64,000 bases of DNA from an uncultured Rikenellaceae bacterium (GTDB lineage Bacteria; Bacteroidota; Bacteroidia; Bacteroidales; VadinHA17), in contig CAZXSW010000004.1 in NCBI GenBank assembly GCA_964642615.1, forward strand, positions 2,210 through 66,209. Direction: 5' to 3'. Below, in pieces: positions 19,895 to 30,723 of this stretch. The notes beneath the pieces are model-generated. The model saw nothing but the letters and a program-made list of their open reading frames with translations. It was not told the DNA's origin and did not search any database. Every line of letters begins with the position of its first letter. Position 1 is the first letter of the stretch. The position numbers and the translations under genes are program-made.

Positions 19895-22744
19895 TTATTT
19901 TCCAGCACTGAGTTCCTGCTTCAGAAACATACCGGTGTAGCTTTCGTTACATGATGCCAGTTGTTCAGGCGACCCTGAGAAGAGTATGTCACCACCATCC
20001 TTTCCACCTTCCTTACCCATATCTATTATATGGTCGGCCATTTTTATTACATCCATATTATGCTCGATGACAATAACAGTGTTACCCTTGTTAACCAGCT
20101 TATTAAGCACATCAAGTAACACTCTGACATCTTCGAAATGAAGGCCGGTTGTAGGTTCATCAAGGATATAGAGTGTTTTCCCCGTGTCGCGCCGGGCAAG
20201 TTCAGTAGCCAGTTTCACCCTTTGGGCCTCTCCTCCCGAGAGGGTTGTTGATTGCTGACCCAGTCTGATATAGCCCAGGCCAACATCCTGCATGGTTTTA
20301 ATCTTGTTGTAAATGGAGGGCACATTGGCAAAAAACTCTGCCGCATTGTTGACAGTCATTTCCAGCACATCACTTATTGACTGCCCTTTGTATTGTACTG
20401 CAAGTGTTTCCCTGTTATATCTTTTACCGTTGCAATCGGGGCAGTTGACATATACATCGGGCAGGAAATTCATTTCTATTGTTTTCATCCCTGCACCTTC
20501 GCATCCTTCACATCTGCCTCCCTTCACGTTAAATGAAAAACGGCCGGCACCGAATCCTCTGATCTTCGCCTCGGTTGTCTGCTCAAAAAGCCTTCTGATA
20601 TCAGTGAAAACGCCGGTGTAAGTGGCTGGATTGGATCTGGGCGATTTGCCTATGGGGGACTGGTCGACCTCTATCACCTTATCAAGGTTTTCGGCACCGA
20701 GCAGATCGCGGAAAGGCAGGGCTGCCTTGCCTGAATTATGATACCTGCGTGCCAGAACCGGATGAAGGGTCTGATTTATAAGTGATGATTTTCCGCTTCC
20801 TGAGACACCTGTGATACAGATAAAGGTGCCCAGAGGCAGAACCAGGTCAACATTCTTAAGGTTATGTCCGCTTGCCTCCGACAATACCAGAAACTTGCCG
20901 TTGCCGGTCCTGCGATGCTCAGGGATCTCTATCTTCCTGCTGCTGTTGAGGTATCTGGCTGTAAGCGTATCTGAATTACATATCTCTTCGGGATTTCCGA
21001 ATGCCACTATTTCTCCTCCGTGTCTTCCGGCCCCCGGGCCCATATCGATAATATGGTCGGCCGAGAGTATCATCTCTTTGTCGTGTTCAACAACAATAAC
21101 CGAGTTACCCGAATCCCTGAGTTCCTTCAGTGCCGCTATCAGCCTCCTGTTGTCTCGCTGGTGAAGACCGATACTTGGTTCATCGAGTATATAAAGCACA
21201 TTTACAAGACGTGATCCGATCTGGGTTGCAAGTCTTATCCTCTGGCTCTCTCCGCCCGATAATGTTCTTGCACCACGGTTAAGTGACAGATATTCGAGTC
21301 CGACATCAAGCAGAAATCCCAGCCGCGATCTTATCTCCTTTAGTATCTCCGAAGCAATGGCTCTCTGTCTGTTGCTAAGTCTTGTCTCCACATCAGAGAG
21401 AAAATCAGCAAGCTCTTTTATGTCCATTGCCGACAGCTCTCCTATATTCTTTCCGTCTATCCTGAAATAAAGGGCTTCTTTTTTAAGGCGTGTTCCCTCA
21501 CACTCGGGGCAGACAGAGTAGCGGACATACTGATCGCTGAGTTTTGTACCGTTCTTCCGTCCGTTTATTACTTCTGCATTGCCAACGAAGTTGATGACAC
21601 CTTCAAAGGTCAGGAAATAGTTAGACGTCAGTCCAAGTGGAGTATTTGAAAGTTTGAGCACCTCGTCGGAGCCATAAAGCACTTTATTCAGAGCATCTTC
21701 GGGAATTTCCTTTATAGGGGTGTCAAGAGTAAAGCCGTTTTTCTCTGCAATAGCTTCAATCTGCCAGAAGATCCATACATTTCTGTATTTTCCGAGAGGT
21801 TCTATACCTCCTTTCCGGATACTCAGTTCCGGGTCGGGAATAAGTTTTCTGACGTCGATGCCTGAAACCTCACCCAGGCCGTTACAGTGGGGGCATGCTC
21901 CCTGAGGTGAGTTGAAGGAGAAGCTGTGGGGAGCAGGCTCATTGTACGACAGGCCTGTTACCGGACACATCAGATGCCGGCTGAAATAGCGGGGTTCATC
22001 TTTGTCAGAACCTGTTATCATCATCACTCCGTCGCCCTGGTCAAGGGCCATAAGGACAGAGTCCCTGAGTCTTTTCCCGCTCACATCCCCGACTATGAGT
22101 TTATCGATAACAAGTTCAATAAAATGAGTCTTATACCTGTCGAGTTTAAGGCCGTGGGTTATCTCCCTGATCTCTCCGTTTATCCTGGCATGAAGGAATC
22201 CCTTGCGCCTGAGTTGTTCGAACAGCTCCTTATAGTTTCCCTTGCGGCCTTTAACAACAGGCGCCAGGAAATAGACTTTTTCCCCGTGGTAGCGGTTCTG
22301 AATCAGTTCAATGATCTGATCATCATTATATTTAACCATTTTTTCTCCCGAGGCGTACGACCAGGCATCGGCGGCTCTGGCGTAAAGAAGCCTGAGGAAG
22401 TCATAGATCTCTGTGATTGTTCCGACTGTCGACCGGGGGTTCTTGTTGGTTGTCTTCTGTTCGATTGAGATCACCGGACTAAGTCCGGTTATCTTGTCAA
22501 CATCAGGGCGTTCCATTCCGCCCAGGAACTGACGGGCATAGGCTGACAGTGTCTCCAGGTAGCGGCGTTGTCCTTCGGCATAGATGGTATCGAAAGCCAG
22601 AGATGATTTTCCGCTTCCGCTGAGTCCGGTGATGACAACAAGCCTGTTTCTCGGAATCACAACATCAATATCCCTGAGGTTATGGACCCTGGCTCCCAGG
22701 ACCCGTATTTCTTCCTGCATGCGCTCCACCGCCGTTTCAGACAT
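19895..22744 (-). CDS. uvrA: Excinuclease ABC subunit A
   Basis: [45 protein letters not shown], zinc fingers; start 22744 or 22759. Confidence 0.98.
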   Translation of the reverse strand: MSETAVERMQEEIRVLGARVHNLRDIDVVIPRNRLVVITGLSGSGKSSLAFDTIYAEGQRRYLETLSAYARQFLGGMERPDVDKITGLSPVISIEQKTTNKNPRSTVGTITEIYDFLRLLYARAADAWSYASGEKMVKYNDDQIIELIQNRYHGEKVYFLAPVVKGRKGNYKELFEQLRRKGFLHARINGEIREITHGLKLDRYKTHFIELVIDKLIVGDVSGKRLRDSVLMALDQGDGVMMITGSDKDEPRYFSRHLMCPVTGLSYNEPAPHSFSFNSPQGACPHCNGLGEVSGIDVRKLIPDPELSIRKGGIEPLGKYRNVWIFWQIEAIAEKNGFTLDTPIKEIPEDALNKVLYGSDEVLKLSNTPLGLTSNYFLTFEGVINFVGNAEVINGRKNGTKLSDQYVRYSVCPECEGTRLKKEALYFRIDGKNIGELSAMDIKELADFLSDVETRLSNRQRAIASEILKEIRSRLGFLLDVGLEYLSLNRGARTLSGGESQRIRLATQIGSRLVNVLYILDEPSIGLHQRDNRRLIAALKELRDSGNSVIVVEHDKEMILSADHIIDMGPGAGRHGGEIVAFGNPEEICNSDTLTARYLNSSRKIEIPEHRRTGNGKFLVLSEASGHNLKNVDLVLPLGTFICITGVSGSGKSSLINQTLHPVLARRYHNSGKAALPFRDLLGAENLDKVIEVDQSPIGKSPRSNPATYTGVFTDIRRLFEQTTEAKIRGFGAGRFSFNVKGGRCEGCEGAGMKTIEMNFLPDVYVNCPDCNGKRYNRETLAVQYKGQSISDVLEMTVNNAAEFFANVPSIYNKIKTMQDVGLGYIRLGQQSTTLSGGEAQRVKLATELARRDTGKTLYILDEPTTGLHFEDVRVLLDVLNKLVNKGNTVIVIEHNMDVIKMADHIIDMGKEGGKDGGDILFSGSPEQLASCNESYTGMFLKQELSAGK

Positions 22745-23705
22745 CACCTGCTGTTTCACCTGGTACTGATATCCTCATTCCGTCTGCCGGAATCTTTATT
22801 ATATACTTCTTTGAGGGGCGGGGTGTAAATGATGGTTTGCGAAGCCAGGGATTGAGATATTTGAGCATCTTGTAGTTTGTCCCGAGACCAGCAGCAAAAA
22901 TCTGCAGGTCGGCTATAGCAGTATCGACTGTTACTTCACGGAAATCGAGCTCATGATAAAGGTCGTCCTTCGAGATATCGAATCCGTATTTCTGAGGATT
23001 GCTTATAATAAGCTTGTATGCCACTGCCCTGAAGACATATCTTGCAGTCTCCTCATTAAGAAGAAGATCATAGTAATTCTGTTCTTTCTGGATGTCTATC
23101 TGCCTGTCGATAGAAGCTCTCCCGCCGTTATATGATGCTGCTGCCAGTGTCCAGTTGTTGTATTTCTGGTACGATTTTTTAAGATAATCGCAAGCGAGCT
23201 GAGTTGATTTCTCCAGATGATACCTTTCGTCAACAACATCGTTGATCTCCATCCCTGCTTCCCTTCCGGTGGCCTGCATTATCTGCCACATGCCCGTGGC
23301 ACCTGCAGGACTGATTACATTCATGAATTCACTCTCTGCCGCTACCAGGTACTTCATGTCATCGGGCAGCCCGTTCTCCCTCAGGATCTTTTCAATCACA
23401 GGAAAGTAGCGGTTGGCCCGCTTAATTATTAGTATTGTTGAAGAGTGGCGGTATGCGCTGGTAAGCATCTCGCGGTCGAGGCTTTCCCTGACATCAAAAT
23501 TCTCAAGAGGCATCCTCTCTCCGGCAAAGGCCACACTGTCGGGCAGTTTGTAAATGGTATTCAAAACAGTAGCAACTGAAGGTGATGGCGTCTCTTCTGA
23601 TTCACTTATCTCCTTAAAACTCTGGGTCATAAGCATAATAATACCGGCTAAAGCTGTCAGAACAACAGCCGCCGCAACAGTCTTTCTTCCCGTAATCGTC
23701 ATCAT
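22737..23705 (-). CDS. Lytic transglycosylase (SLT/MltD-like)
   Basis: YLVAAESEF (catalytic Glu), [14 protein letters not shown]; TACCTTTG -7 element at 23732-23739 supports start 23705. Confidence 0.9.
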   Translation of the reverse strand: MMTITGRKTVAAAVVLTALAGIIMLMTQSFKEISESEETPSPSVATVLNTIYKLPDSVAFAGERMPLENFDVRESLDREMLTSAYRHSSTILIIKRANRYFPVIEKILRENGLPDDMKYLVAAESEFMNVISPAGATGMWQIMQATGREAGMEINDVVDERYHLEKSTQLACDYLKKSYQKYNNWTLAAASYNGGRASIDRQIDIQKEQNYYDLLLNEETARYVFRAVAYKLIISNPQKYGFDISKDDLYHELDFREVTVDTAIADLQIFAAGLGTNYKMLKYLNPWLRKPSFTPRPSKKYIIKIPADGMRISVPGETAGDV

Positions 23706-23820
23706 TTTCCCTCCCTTTGTAAAACAAACTGCAAAGGTAACACTTTTGACCCTAATAAGTAACAATGTGTTATCTTAAATGAGTTTAAAAGGGATCTTGT
23801 CTAAATCCTGAAACAGAATA

Positions 23821-25131
23821 TCAGAATTTGTATGAGAGGCCGGAGAAGACGCCAACAGAATAAGGATGGTTTTTAAGTCCGGGCAGTGTACTGAAGGGGT
23901 TAAGGTAGTATCTGAAGGTAGGTTCGAGGTTAAGTGACAGGTTATCAGTAACAGTATATTCAAGGCCCATCCCAAGCGAGCTGCTCAGCATAAAGTTACT
24001 TACACCTTCCGTCTTTCCGACCCTGTACCTGTCTCCCTCAGAGACCGCATATACTGAATTGTTTACGAGCATGTTGTAAGAGAATCCACCAATAATATTA
24101 AATCCGACTGTACCGTCGACGACCTTGTATCTAAGGAAGACAGGCATCTCCAGATAGCTGAAGTTCTGGTGTATTGAGCTGTTAATGTACTTAAGGCTGG
24201 CTTTGGCCGGGTCAAAGGAATCGTTGTTAAATCTTGAATTCACGCGGCCTCCGACACCGTCGAAAAGAAATACGTCTGAGTTGTTTGTATATACAAGGCC
24301 GCTTGATGTCATGACTTCAAAGTTATGGTCTCCTTTTGAGTAGGTATAATCGCTGAAGCCGCCGAAGGCACTGATTCCTCCCACTTCCTGGCCGAGGGAT
24401 GAATAGTAAAGGCCCGACTGGATACTGAACTTGTCGCTCACCCTGTATGAGAATGAGAGTCCGCCCGTATATGAGAAATTAGTCTGCTCGGTAGAAAGGA
24501 TTTCTCTGGCCATTTCGCCCGAACCTTTTGACAGAGCTGACTGGTAGGTTGGTGATGCCATGGCTGTCACCGACCATCGGTTTATCTTTTCGGTAACAGG
24601 CGGTGGTGCCGGTACCTGTTCAGGGTAATAGGTAAAGAAGTCATCAGGATCATCCTTTTTATCGAATATGGAAGCCAGCATCCCGTGAAGTCCTTCCCTG
24701 TCAGCATCATCATTAAGTACGGGAATGGTTGTCCCCTGGAATATTGCCGAAGGGACAGGGATTACCTGTTCCTGGTCGTATGAAGGCTGGCTTACAGGAC
24801 TGTCTGATGGTGTGGATTCAGACATATTTAATGGCGCATCAACAGAAACGGGTGTATCCCTGAGGACTGTCTCCGGCCTTGATGATTCCTGATCAAAGGC
24901 AAGGAAACCCGTATCGAAGGGGATGGTGGTCTGACGGGTCAGCTGGTAGGCAAGTACTGAAACGGAAACAAGGATTAAAGCCAGGGCTGCTGCCCTGAGC
25001 AAAACAGATGGTGACTGCTTCTTCCTGACTGAAGGAAGGATGCTGGTCCACACCTCAGGAGGCGGGAGTACTTCGTATTCCCTGAGCCCGTTCCTGAAAA
25101 CAAGATCAATATTTGCCTGTTTATCAACCAT
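23821..25131 (-). CDS. Anti-sigma-like N-terminus + TM + outer-membrane beta-barrel protein
   Basis: IDLVFRNGLREYEVLPPPEVWTSI, one TM helix, P/S/T-rich linker, amphipathic strands (YLEMPVFLRY, LNLEPTFRYY) ending in YKF; overlaps the ECF stop. Confidence 0.75.
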   Translation of the reverse strand: MVDKQANIDLVFRNGLREYEVLPPPEVWTSILPSVRKKQSPSVLLRAAALALILVSVSVLAYQLTRQTTIPFDTGFLAFDQESSRPETVLRDTPVSVDAPLNMSESTPSDSPVSQPSYDQEQVIPVPSAIFQGTTIPVLNDDADREGLHGMLASIFDKKDDPDDFFTYYPEQVPAPPPVTEKINRWSVTAMASPTYQSALSKGSGEMAREILSTEQTNFSYTGGLSFSYRVSDKFSIQSGLYYSSLGQEVGGISAFGGFSDYTYSKGDHNFEVMTSSGLVYTNNSDVFLFDGVGGRVNSRFNNDSFDPAKASLKYINSSIHQNFSYLEMPVFLRYKVVDGTVGFNIIGGFSYNMLVNNSVYAVSEGDRYRVGKTEGVSNFMLSSSLGMGLEYTVTDNLSLNLEPTFRYYLNPFSTLPGLKNHPYSVGVFSGLSYKF

Positions 25132-25684
25132 AGTTGGGTTTCTTTTTAATTCCGGTAAATAGACTAACCCTTCTCTGTAAAATAACCCTTGCCCTTGAGA
25201 GGTTGGATTTTGATGTCCCTTCCGTTATATTCATCATGTTGCTTATCTCTTTATGCGAATAGCCCTCAAGAGCAAACAGGTTGAACACCATACGGTATTT
25301 TGTGGGAAGCTCCCTTATGATACCCAGAAGATCTCCTGCCTCAAGCCCTGAATAATCGCTATTATCAGGTTCCGCATCGGGCTCGGGTATCTGGTCGATA
25401 TCGTCAACCCTGTAGAGATTATGCTTACTCCGGTATTTTTCGAGAGCGGTATTAACCACTATCCTGCGCATCCATCCTTCAAAAGAACCTTCATACTTAT
25501 AGTTGGCAAGATTCTCGAAGATTTTTATAAAGCCTTCCTGAAGAATATCCCTTGCCTCTTCATCGTTTCCGGAATACTGAAGACAGACCGCGTACAATCT
25601 TGGAGCGTGTCTCCGGTACAGAAGTTCCTGATCCCTTCTGTTGCCGGTAAGACAACCATTGATTATATTTTTTATCTCGGGCAA
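25124..25684 (-). CDS. ECF RNA polymerase sigma factor
   Basis: DILQEGFIKIF, FEGWMRRIVVN, FNLFALEGYSHKEIS, GTSKSNLSRAR; TTG start. Confidence 0.93.
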   Translation of the reverse strand: MPEIKNIINGCLTGNRRDQELLYRRHAPRLYAVCLQYSGNDEEARDILQEGFIKIFENLANYKYEGSFEGWMRRIVVNTALEKYRSKHNLYRVDDIDQIPEPDAEPDNSDYSGLEAGDLLGIIRELPTKYRMVFNLFALEGYSHKEISNMMNITEGTSKSNLSRARVILQRRVSLFTGIKKKPNYG

Positions 25685-25754
25685 GGCAAATGACCTTTAA
25701 GAAATATAAAAATATAAAATTATTGGCTGAAATACCAGCAATTTCCGAAAGATT

Positions 25755-25780
25755 GATGGTATTTTGCTCTTAAAGGTTGC
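25755..25780 (-). promoter_or_regulatory. Possible ECF-type promoter upstream of the second ECF gene
   Basis: Minus strand GCAACC-N16-CATC, same geometry as the 10264 motif. Confidence 0.35.
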
Positions 25781-25792
25781 GTTTGAATAAAA

Positions 25793-27184
25793 CTAAATAT
25801 GAATTACCTCATCATAGGCTGCTGCTGCAGCCTCCATAATTGCTTCCGACATTGTGGGATGGGGATGTACGGACTTTATTATCTCGTGAGCTGTGGTTTC
25901 GAGTTTTCGGGCTACAATGATCTCTCCTATCATCTCGGTAACATTGGCACCTATCATATGTGCTCCCAGGAGTTCTCCATAGGCGGCATCGAATATGAGT
26001 TTTACAAATCCGTCCCTGGCCCCTGAGGCATTTGCCTTGCCTGATGCAGTAAAGGGGAATTTCCCGACTTTGATATCATAACCTGCTTCCCTTGCTGCAG
26101 CTTCAGTCATTCCGCACGAAGCGATCTCCGGACTGGTATATGTACATGCCGGTATATTTTTATAATCGAGAGGCAAAGGATTAAGACCCGCAATATGCTC
26201 AACACATATAATACCTTCAGCTGAGGCTACATGGGCAAGGGCGGGACCGTGGACAATATCTCCAATGGCAAAGATTCCCTCTGCCGTGGTTCTGTAATAA
26301 TCGTCAACAGTAATCTTTCCCTTTTCAACCTTAACACCTGCAGCTTCAAGTCCCAGGTTTTCTGTATTGGGAGTTACCCCTGCGGCCGACAGCACCACAT
26401 CAGCTTCAATGGTATCCTCTCCTTTGGGTGTTTTTATCTTAACCAGGCACCGGCCCGATGATTCTTCAACAGATTCAACAGAGGAACCGGTAATGATCTT
26501 CATCTTCATCTTTCTGAAGCTACGCTCGAGTTGCTTTGATACTTCCTCGTCTTCGTTGGGAACAAGCCGGGGAAGATACTCGACCAGTGTGACATCGGTA
26601 CCGAGGGTCCGGTAGAATGATGCAAACTCACTTCCTATTGCACCGGAGCCCACCACAACCATTGATCCGGGCTGTGACTCAAGGGTCATGGCTTCCCTGT
26701 AGCTTATTATATTCCTGTGATTAAGGGGTATTCCAGGCAACTCCCTGGGCCTGGCACCGGTAGCAAGGATGATGCTGGCTGCCGATAAAACCCTTGCCTG
26801 TCCCATTGGTTCTTCAACAGCTACACTGTTACCTCCGGCAAGCTTTGCAGTACCTTTTATCAGTTCAACATTGTTTTTTTTGAAAAGGAAGCTTACTCCC
26901 TTGCTCATTCCCTCAGCCACACTCCTGCTGCGGGCTATCATTGCACCAAAGTCAGGTTTGACCTCTCCCTCAACACTAACCCCATAATCAGCTGCATGGG
27001 TCAGATATTCATAAACCTGTGCACTCTTGAGAAGTGATTTAGTGGGTATACAACCCCAGTTAAGGCAGATACCTCCGATCTCAGCCTTTTCAATCACAGC
27101 CACCTTCATCCCGAGCTGGGCTGCCCTTATAGCTGCCACATAGCCGCCCGGTCCGCTTCCAATAACAATAATATCGTAATCCAT
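25793..27184 (-). CDS. lpdA: Dihydrolipoyl dehydrogenase
   Basis: GSGPGGYVAA, GGICLNWGCIPTK, GSGAIG, HPHPTMSE. Confidence 0.97.
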   Translation of the reverse strand: MDYDIIVIGSGPGGYVAAIRAAQLGMKVAVIEKAEIGGICLNWGCIPTKSLLKSAQVYEYLTHAADYGVSVEGEVKPDFGAMIARSRSVAEGMSKGVSFLFKKNNVELIKGTAKLAGGNSVAVEEPMGQARVLSAASIILATGARPRELPGIPLNHRNIISYREAMTLESQPGSMVVVGSGAIGSEFASFYRTLGTDVTLVEYLPRLVPNEDEEVSKQLERSFRKMKMKIITGSSVESVEESSGRCLVKIKTPKGEDTIEADVVLSAAGVTPNTENLGLEAAGVKVEKGKITVDDYYRTTAEGIFAIGDIVHGPALAHVASAEGIICVEHIAGLNPLPLDYKNIPACTYTSPEIASCGMTEAAAREAGYDIKVGKFPFTASGKANASGARDGFVKLIFDAAYGELLGAHMIGANVTEMIGEIIVARKLETTAHEIIKSVHPHPTMSEAIMEAAAAAYDEVIHI

Positions 27185-27202
27185 ATCCTTAAGTTTTATT
27201 TA

Positions 27203-28045
27203 TTATCCTGAGTAGCTTTTTTTAAGGTCTTTCCAGTTTTTTCCGGTTAACATTATCACCAGCCTGACTATCAGCCAGAGTATTGCAAGGGTAAAGATAA
27301 TTGTAGCACCAACAGGTATGCCGGCATACCACGATACGGCATACCCGGCTGCCGTTCCGGCGAAGCCTGCAATTACTGAAATGATGACTATCTTCAAATA
27401 ATTCCTTGTCAGAAGCATTGCTATGTTCGGCGGGATGGTAAGCAATGAGATGACAAGTATGATCCCGGCCATCCTTATGTTAAGAACAATGGTCAGGGCC
27501 ATGAGCGAGGTGGTAAGGTATTTGAATACATTGACATGTGCTGAGTAAGTTCTTGCAAATGTCTCGTCGAAGGAGATATACAGTATTGTTCTGTAGAAAA
27601 AGCCAAAGTAGAATATCAGGACCAGCGACATAATGGCAAGCGCTATGATGTCGGCGCTGGTTACAGTAAGGATGCTTCCAAAGAGGTAGCTCATCAGGTT
27701 GGGGGAGTAACCGGGAGTCAGGAACATAAATATAATTCCGGTTGCCATCCCGAAGGCCCACAGGATCCCAATGGCTGAGTCTTCCCTTATTTTTTGCTTT
27801 ACAGAAAGGTATTCAACACCCAGGGCAGAGAGTATTGCAAAGACTGCAGCTCCAACCACCGGGTTGATGCCTGCATAGTATCCGATTCCAATTCCTCCGA
27901 ATGAGGCATGGGTAATACCTCCGCCCAGGAAGACCATTCTTTTTGAAACCATATAGGTGCCGGCTATGCCTGCAGTGATACTTGCAAAAAGGGCACCCAG
28001 CAGTCCCCTTATGAAAAAATCATATTGAAGTATACTTCCTTCCAT
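27203..28045 (-). CDS. Zn/Mn ABC transporter permease (ZnuB-like)
   Basis: GITHASFGG, YLFGSIL, GIILVISLLTIPP. Confidence 0.92.
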   Translation of the reverse strand: MEGSILQYDFFIRGLLGALFASITAGIAGTYMVSKRMVFLGGGITHASFGGIGIGYYAGINPVVGAAVFAILSALGVEYLSVKQKIREDSAIGILWAFGMATGIIFMFLTPGYSPNLMSYLFGSILTVTSADIIALAIMSLVLIFYFGFFYRTILYISFDETFARTYSAHVNVFKYLTTSLMALTIVLNIRMAGIILVISLLTIPPNIAMLLTRNYLKIVIISVIAGFAGTAAGYAVSWYAGIPVGATIIFTLAILWLIVRLVIMLTGKNWKDLKKSYSG

Positions 28046-28791
28046 CAGCTGTGACGTTTAAGGACTGTATGCGGCACTTCGCCATGGGTAATAAGCTGAA
28101 TGGGACAGCCATAAGCCAGAAGCTGTTCATTTGTGATCTCGGAGGAAGGATGATAGTGAAGTCTTTTGTTTACACAGGCAAAAGTCTTTACATACGATGA
28201 AACCATGCCGATATCGTGTGATACCATCAGAATCGCCATACGTTTGTTAAGCTGCCGGAGCTTTTCGTAGAAATCGCTTTCAAAATCAGCATCCACGAAG
28301 TTTCCCGGCTCATCCAGAAGAAGGAGGCAGGGATCTCCAATGACTGCCCTTCCCAGGAATACACGCTGCATCTGTCCGCCCGAAAGCTCATTGAGCGAGG
28401 CTGAAGCAAATCCGGTCAAACCCAGCTCATCAATTACCCTGGCAGCTTTTTCCCTGTCGCTCCGGGTCATCCTCGAGACCAGGCTCTTACCCCTCATCAG
28501 TCCCGACAATACCACATCACTGACTGAAACGGGGTAGCTGACATCTCCAGTGGATATCTGGGGGAGATAACCTATCCTGCTTCTGTTAAGAACTTCAGTA
28601 TTGAATATGATGTTTCCTTTTACTGGTTTAAGCAGCCCCAGGATCACCCTCAGAAGAGTGGTCTTTCCTCCTCCGTTTGGACCAATGACACCTATGAAAT
28701 CGCTCTCGTTTACAGTAAAATCAACGTCTTCAAGAATCAGCGAAGAACCATATCCTGCTGATAATGAGCGCATTTCAAGTAGATAAGACAT
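28045..28791 (-). CDS. Zn/Mn ABC transporter ATP-binding protein (ZnuC-like)
   Basis: GPNGGGKTT, LSGGQMQRV, LLDEP, VSHD. Confidence 0.93.
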   Translation of the reverse strand: MSYLLEMRSLSAGYGSSLILEDVDFTVNESDFIGVIGPNGGGKTTLLRVILGLLKPVKGNIIFNTEVLNRSRIGYLPQISTGDVSYPVSVSDVVLSGLMRGKSLVSRMTRSDREKAARVIDELGLTGFASASLNELSGGQMQRVFLGRAVIGDPCLLLLDEPGNFVDADFESDFYEKLRQLNKRMAILMVSHDIGMVSSYVKTFACVNKRLHYHPSSEITNEQLLAYGCPIQLITHGEVPHTVLKRHS

Positions 28792-28794
28792 CCC

Positions 28795-29673
28795 TTAGTT
28801 ATTTACAGATTTGACAAAACCCTCATTAAGGGCCTCAATTATTTCATCTACAGCCTTATACCAGTCGCCGGACAGGGGGTCGATGATAACGATTCCTGCA
28901 TCCGTCTCATCAGCAATGGCTTTTGCATTTTTTATGTCGAACTCCTTCTGAACAAGAATGACCTTTATGTCTTCCTTCCCCATGCGGTCGATAAGGCTTC
29001 GGAACTGAGCCGGACCTGGCTCTTTGCCTTCCGATTCGACAGCAAGTTCCTCGAGACCGTAATCTCTTGCAAGGTAAGCCAGGTTAGGATGGTATATCAT
29101 AAAAGCTTTCCCCCGGGCCTCCGAAAACAGCTCCTTTGCCTTTGTGTCGAGCTCTGATATCTTCCCGGTAAGTTCCCTGTAGTTCTTCTCATACCTTTCG
29201 CTGTTTTCAGGGGCAAGACTGGTGAGAAGGTCCCTGACAGTGGCAGCCATAATAAGGGCATTCGCAGGTGAAACCCAATAATGGGGATCAGCTCCTTCGA
29301 CATGATCACCTTCATGATGATGCTCAGGTTCGATGAGTTCAATACCCTCGTCAAGTGAAACCCTAAGCATTTCACCGTTCATACCATAGAACCTCTCAAG
29401 CCATGTAATCTCAAAGCCAAGATAACCATTGCTTATGTAGGCCGCCGACTTAACAAGCCTGTCTATCTGACCGGGGGCTGGTTCATAAATATGAGGATTG
29501 GCACCCGGAGGAACCATAATGTTTACTTCAAAATCATCACCGGCTATGCTGGTGACAAAATAGCTGAAAGGGGCTATGCTGACTGTAATAATATCCCTCT
29601 CCTCACTGACGGTGTTTTTACGGCCGCACGAAAGGAGTACTGTCAGAATCAGGAAAGAAATGGCAGGTCTCAA
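28795..29673 (-). CDS. Zn/Mn ABC transporter substrate-binding lipoprotein (ZnuA-like)
   Basis: Lipobox LLSC, TTG start; PHIYEP, His-rich loop HHHEGDH, DPHYWVSP. Confidence 0.92.
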   Translation of the reverse strand: MRPAISFLILTVLLSCGRKNTVSEERDIITVSIAPFSYFVTSIAGDDFEVNIMVPPGANPHIYEPAPGQIDRLVKSAAYISNGYLGFEITWLERFYGMNGEMLRVSLDEGIELIEPEHHHEGDHVEGADPHYWVSPANALIMAATVRDLLTSLAPENSERYEKNYRELTGKISELDTKAKELFSEARGKAFMIYHPNLAYLARDYGLEELAVESEGKEPGPAQFRSLIDRMGKEDIKVILVQKEFDIKNAKAIADETDAGIVIIDPLSGDWYKAVDEIIEALNEGFVKSVNN

Positions 29674-29763
29674 TTTCGTTCTTTTGAATTATGGTACAAA
29701 TTTAACATATAAGAATTCAAAAGGTTTAGGGACAGCAAATAAAAGTCGGACTCATGGGCATAT

Positions 29764-29792
29764 AAAAAAAAGGCCGGACTTGTGATCCGGCC
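29764..29792 (-). terminator. Intrinsic terminator of the 29814-30521 gene
   Basis: Stem GGCCGGA/TCCGGCC, 7-nt loop, U8 tract on minus strand. Confidence 0.8.
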
Positions 29793-29813
29793 ATGAAATG
29801 AGTAAAATACTGC

Positions 29814-30521
29814 CTAGAAAGTCTGAAGTGATATTTTAAAGTATCCTGTTGCTTTGGTGGCTTCAATCTGGAACTTCCATTCCCCGACCTTGTCCTTGTT
29901 TTCCTCGTCGGAGATGTTAAAGGACTTGCGCCAGTTCATATTGCCGAACTCATCTATCATTATATCTGCATAGACCTTGCCATCGGGGGAGAGTATCTTT
30001 ATTTTGAAGCTGCCGGTTTTACTGTCGCCGTTAACTGCCATCATAACAGTTCTTACAGACTTACCGACATCGATTATATAATCTCTCCTGAAAGAATCAT
30101 CCTTGACTGATCTTACAAAATCCCAGGTTGTCCTTTCGGCATCAGCCACATAACCCTGTCCGTAGGTTGGTCCCATCCCGGGATTGAACATCCAGGGTTC
30201 ACCAAGGTTAAATGATTTCTCACCGTAGTATCTGAAGTTCTTGTAGAATTCGTTCATGTCAACGCCTGACTCCTTGCCTTTCTCAAGGTTTTCGAGAGCC
30301 TGATCAACAGTTTTCTGCTGTTCCTCCAGTTTTTCCCTCGACTCTTCAAGCATACGCTTCTGAACGTCTGCCATTTCTTTTTTCTTTCTGTCAATCTCCT
30401 GCTGAATCCTGTACTCCCTGTCCCTATCCTCTCTGGACCTTTCCTGGCCCATGGAAGGCTGAAGATTAATGCCAAGTATTAACACGAGACCGGCGACGAT
30501 TATTGATGTTCTTTTTTTCAT
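29814..30521 (-). CDS. Hypothetical exported protein (charged coiled coil + C-terminal beta-sandwich-like domain)
   Basis: Signal-like N-terminus from ATG 30521 (track 30539); E/R/K/Q-rich helix; beta-rich C-terminus ending GEWKFQIEATKATGYFKISLQTF. Confidence 0.7.
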   Translation of the reverse strand: MKKRTSIIVAGLVLILGINLQPSMGQERSREDRDREYRIQQEIDRKKKEMADVQKRMLEESREKLEEQQKTVDQALENLEKGKESGVDMNEFYKNFRYYGEKSFNLGEPWMFNPGMGPTYGQGYVADAERTTWDFVRSVKDDSFRRDYIIDVGKSVRTVMMAVNGDSKTGSFKIKILSPDGKVYADIMIDEFGNMNWRKSFNISDEENKDKVGEWKFQIEATKATGYFKISLQTF

Positions 30522-30544
30522 TGCTGTCGTTTTTAACACTGTAA

Positions 30545-30603
30545 CAAAGATAGTGCCCGGAAAAATCCCTCACTGTTAATGCAGGGTTAACGCCAGGTTA
30601 ATG
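30545..30603 (-). promoter_or_regulatory. -7 promoter element plus three 11-bp-period direct repeats (putative OmpR-family operator)
   Basis: TATCTTTG (minus, 30545-30552); GTTAA at 30575, 30586, 30597. Confidence 0.6.
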
Positions 30604-30723
30604 TTTCAGCCTGTTATCTAAGGTATTATTAAATTGAATACTTTTGAAAGGTAAACAATTCCTGCAGATCTGCCAGAGCTGACAGGCCTGGTTTTTTTTG
30701 TGAAATATGAAAAATAGCGTTCT

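Noticed and set aside
21926-22468. 180-aa plus-strand ORF (likewise 31940-32494, 1100-1462, 8713-9243 and other short overlaps)
   Set aside because: Antisense or alternate-frame shadows of well-supported genes.
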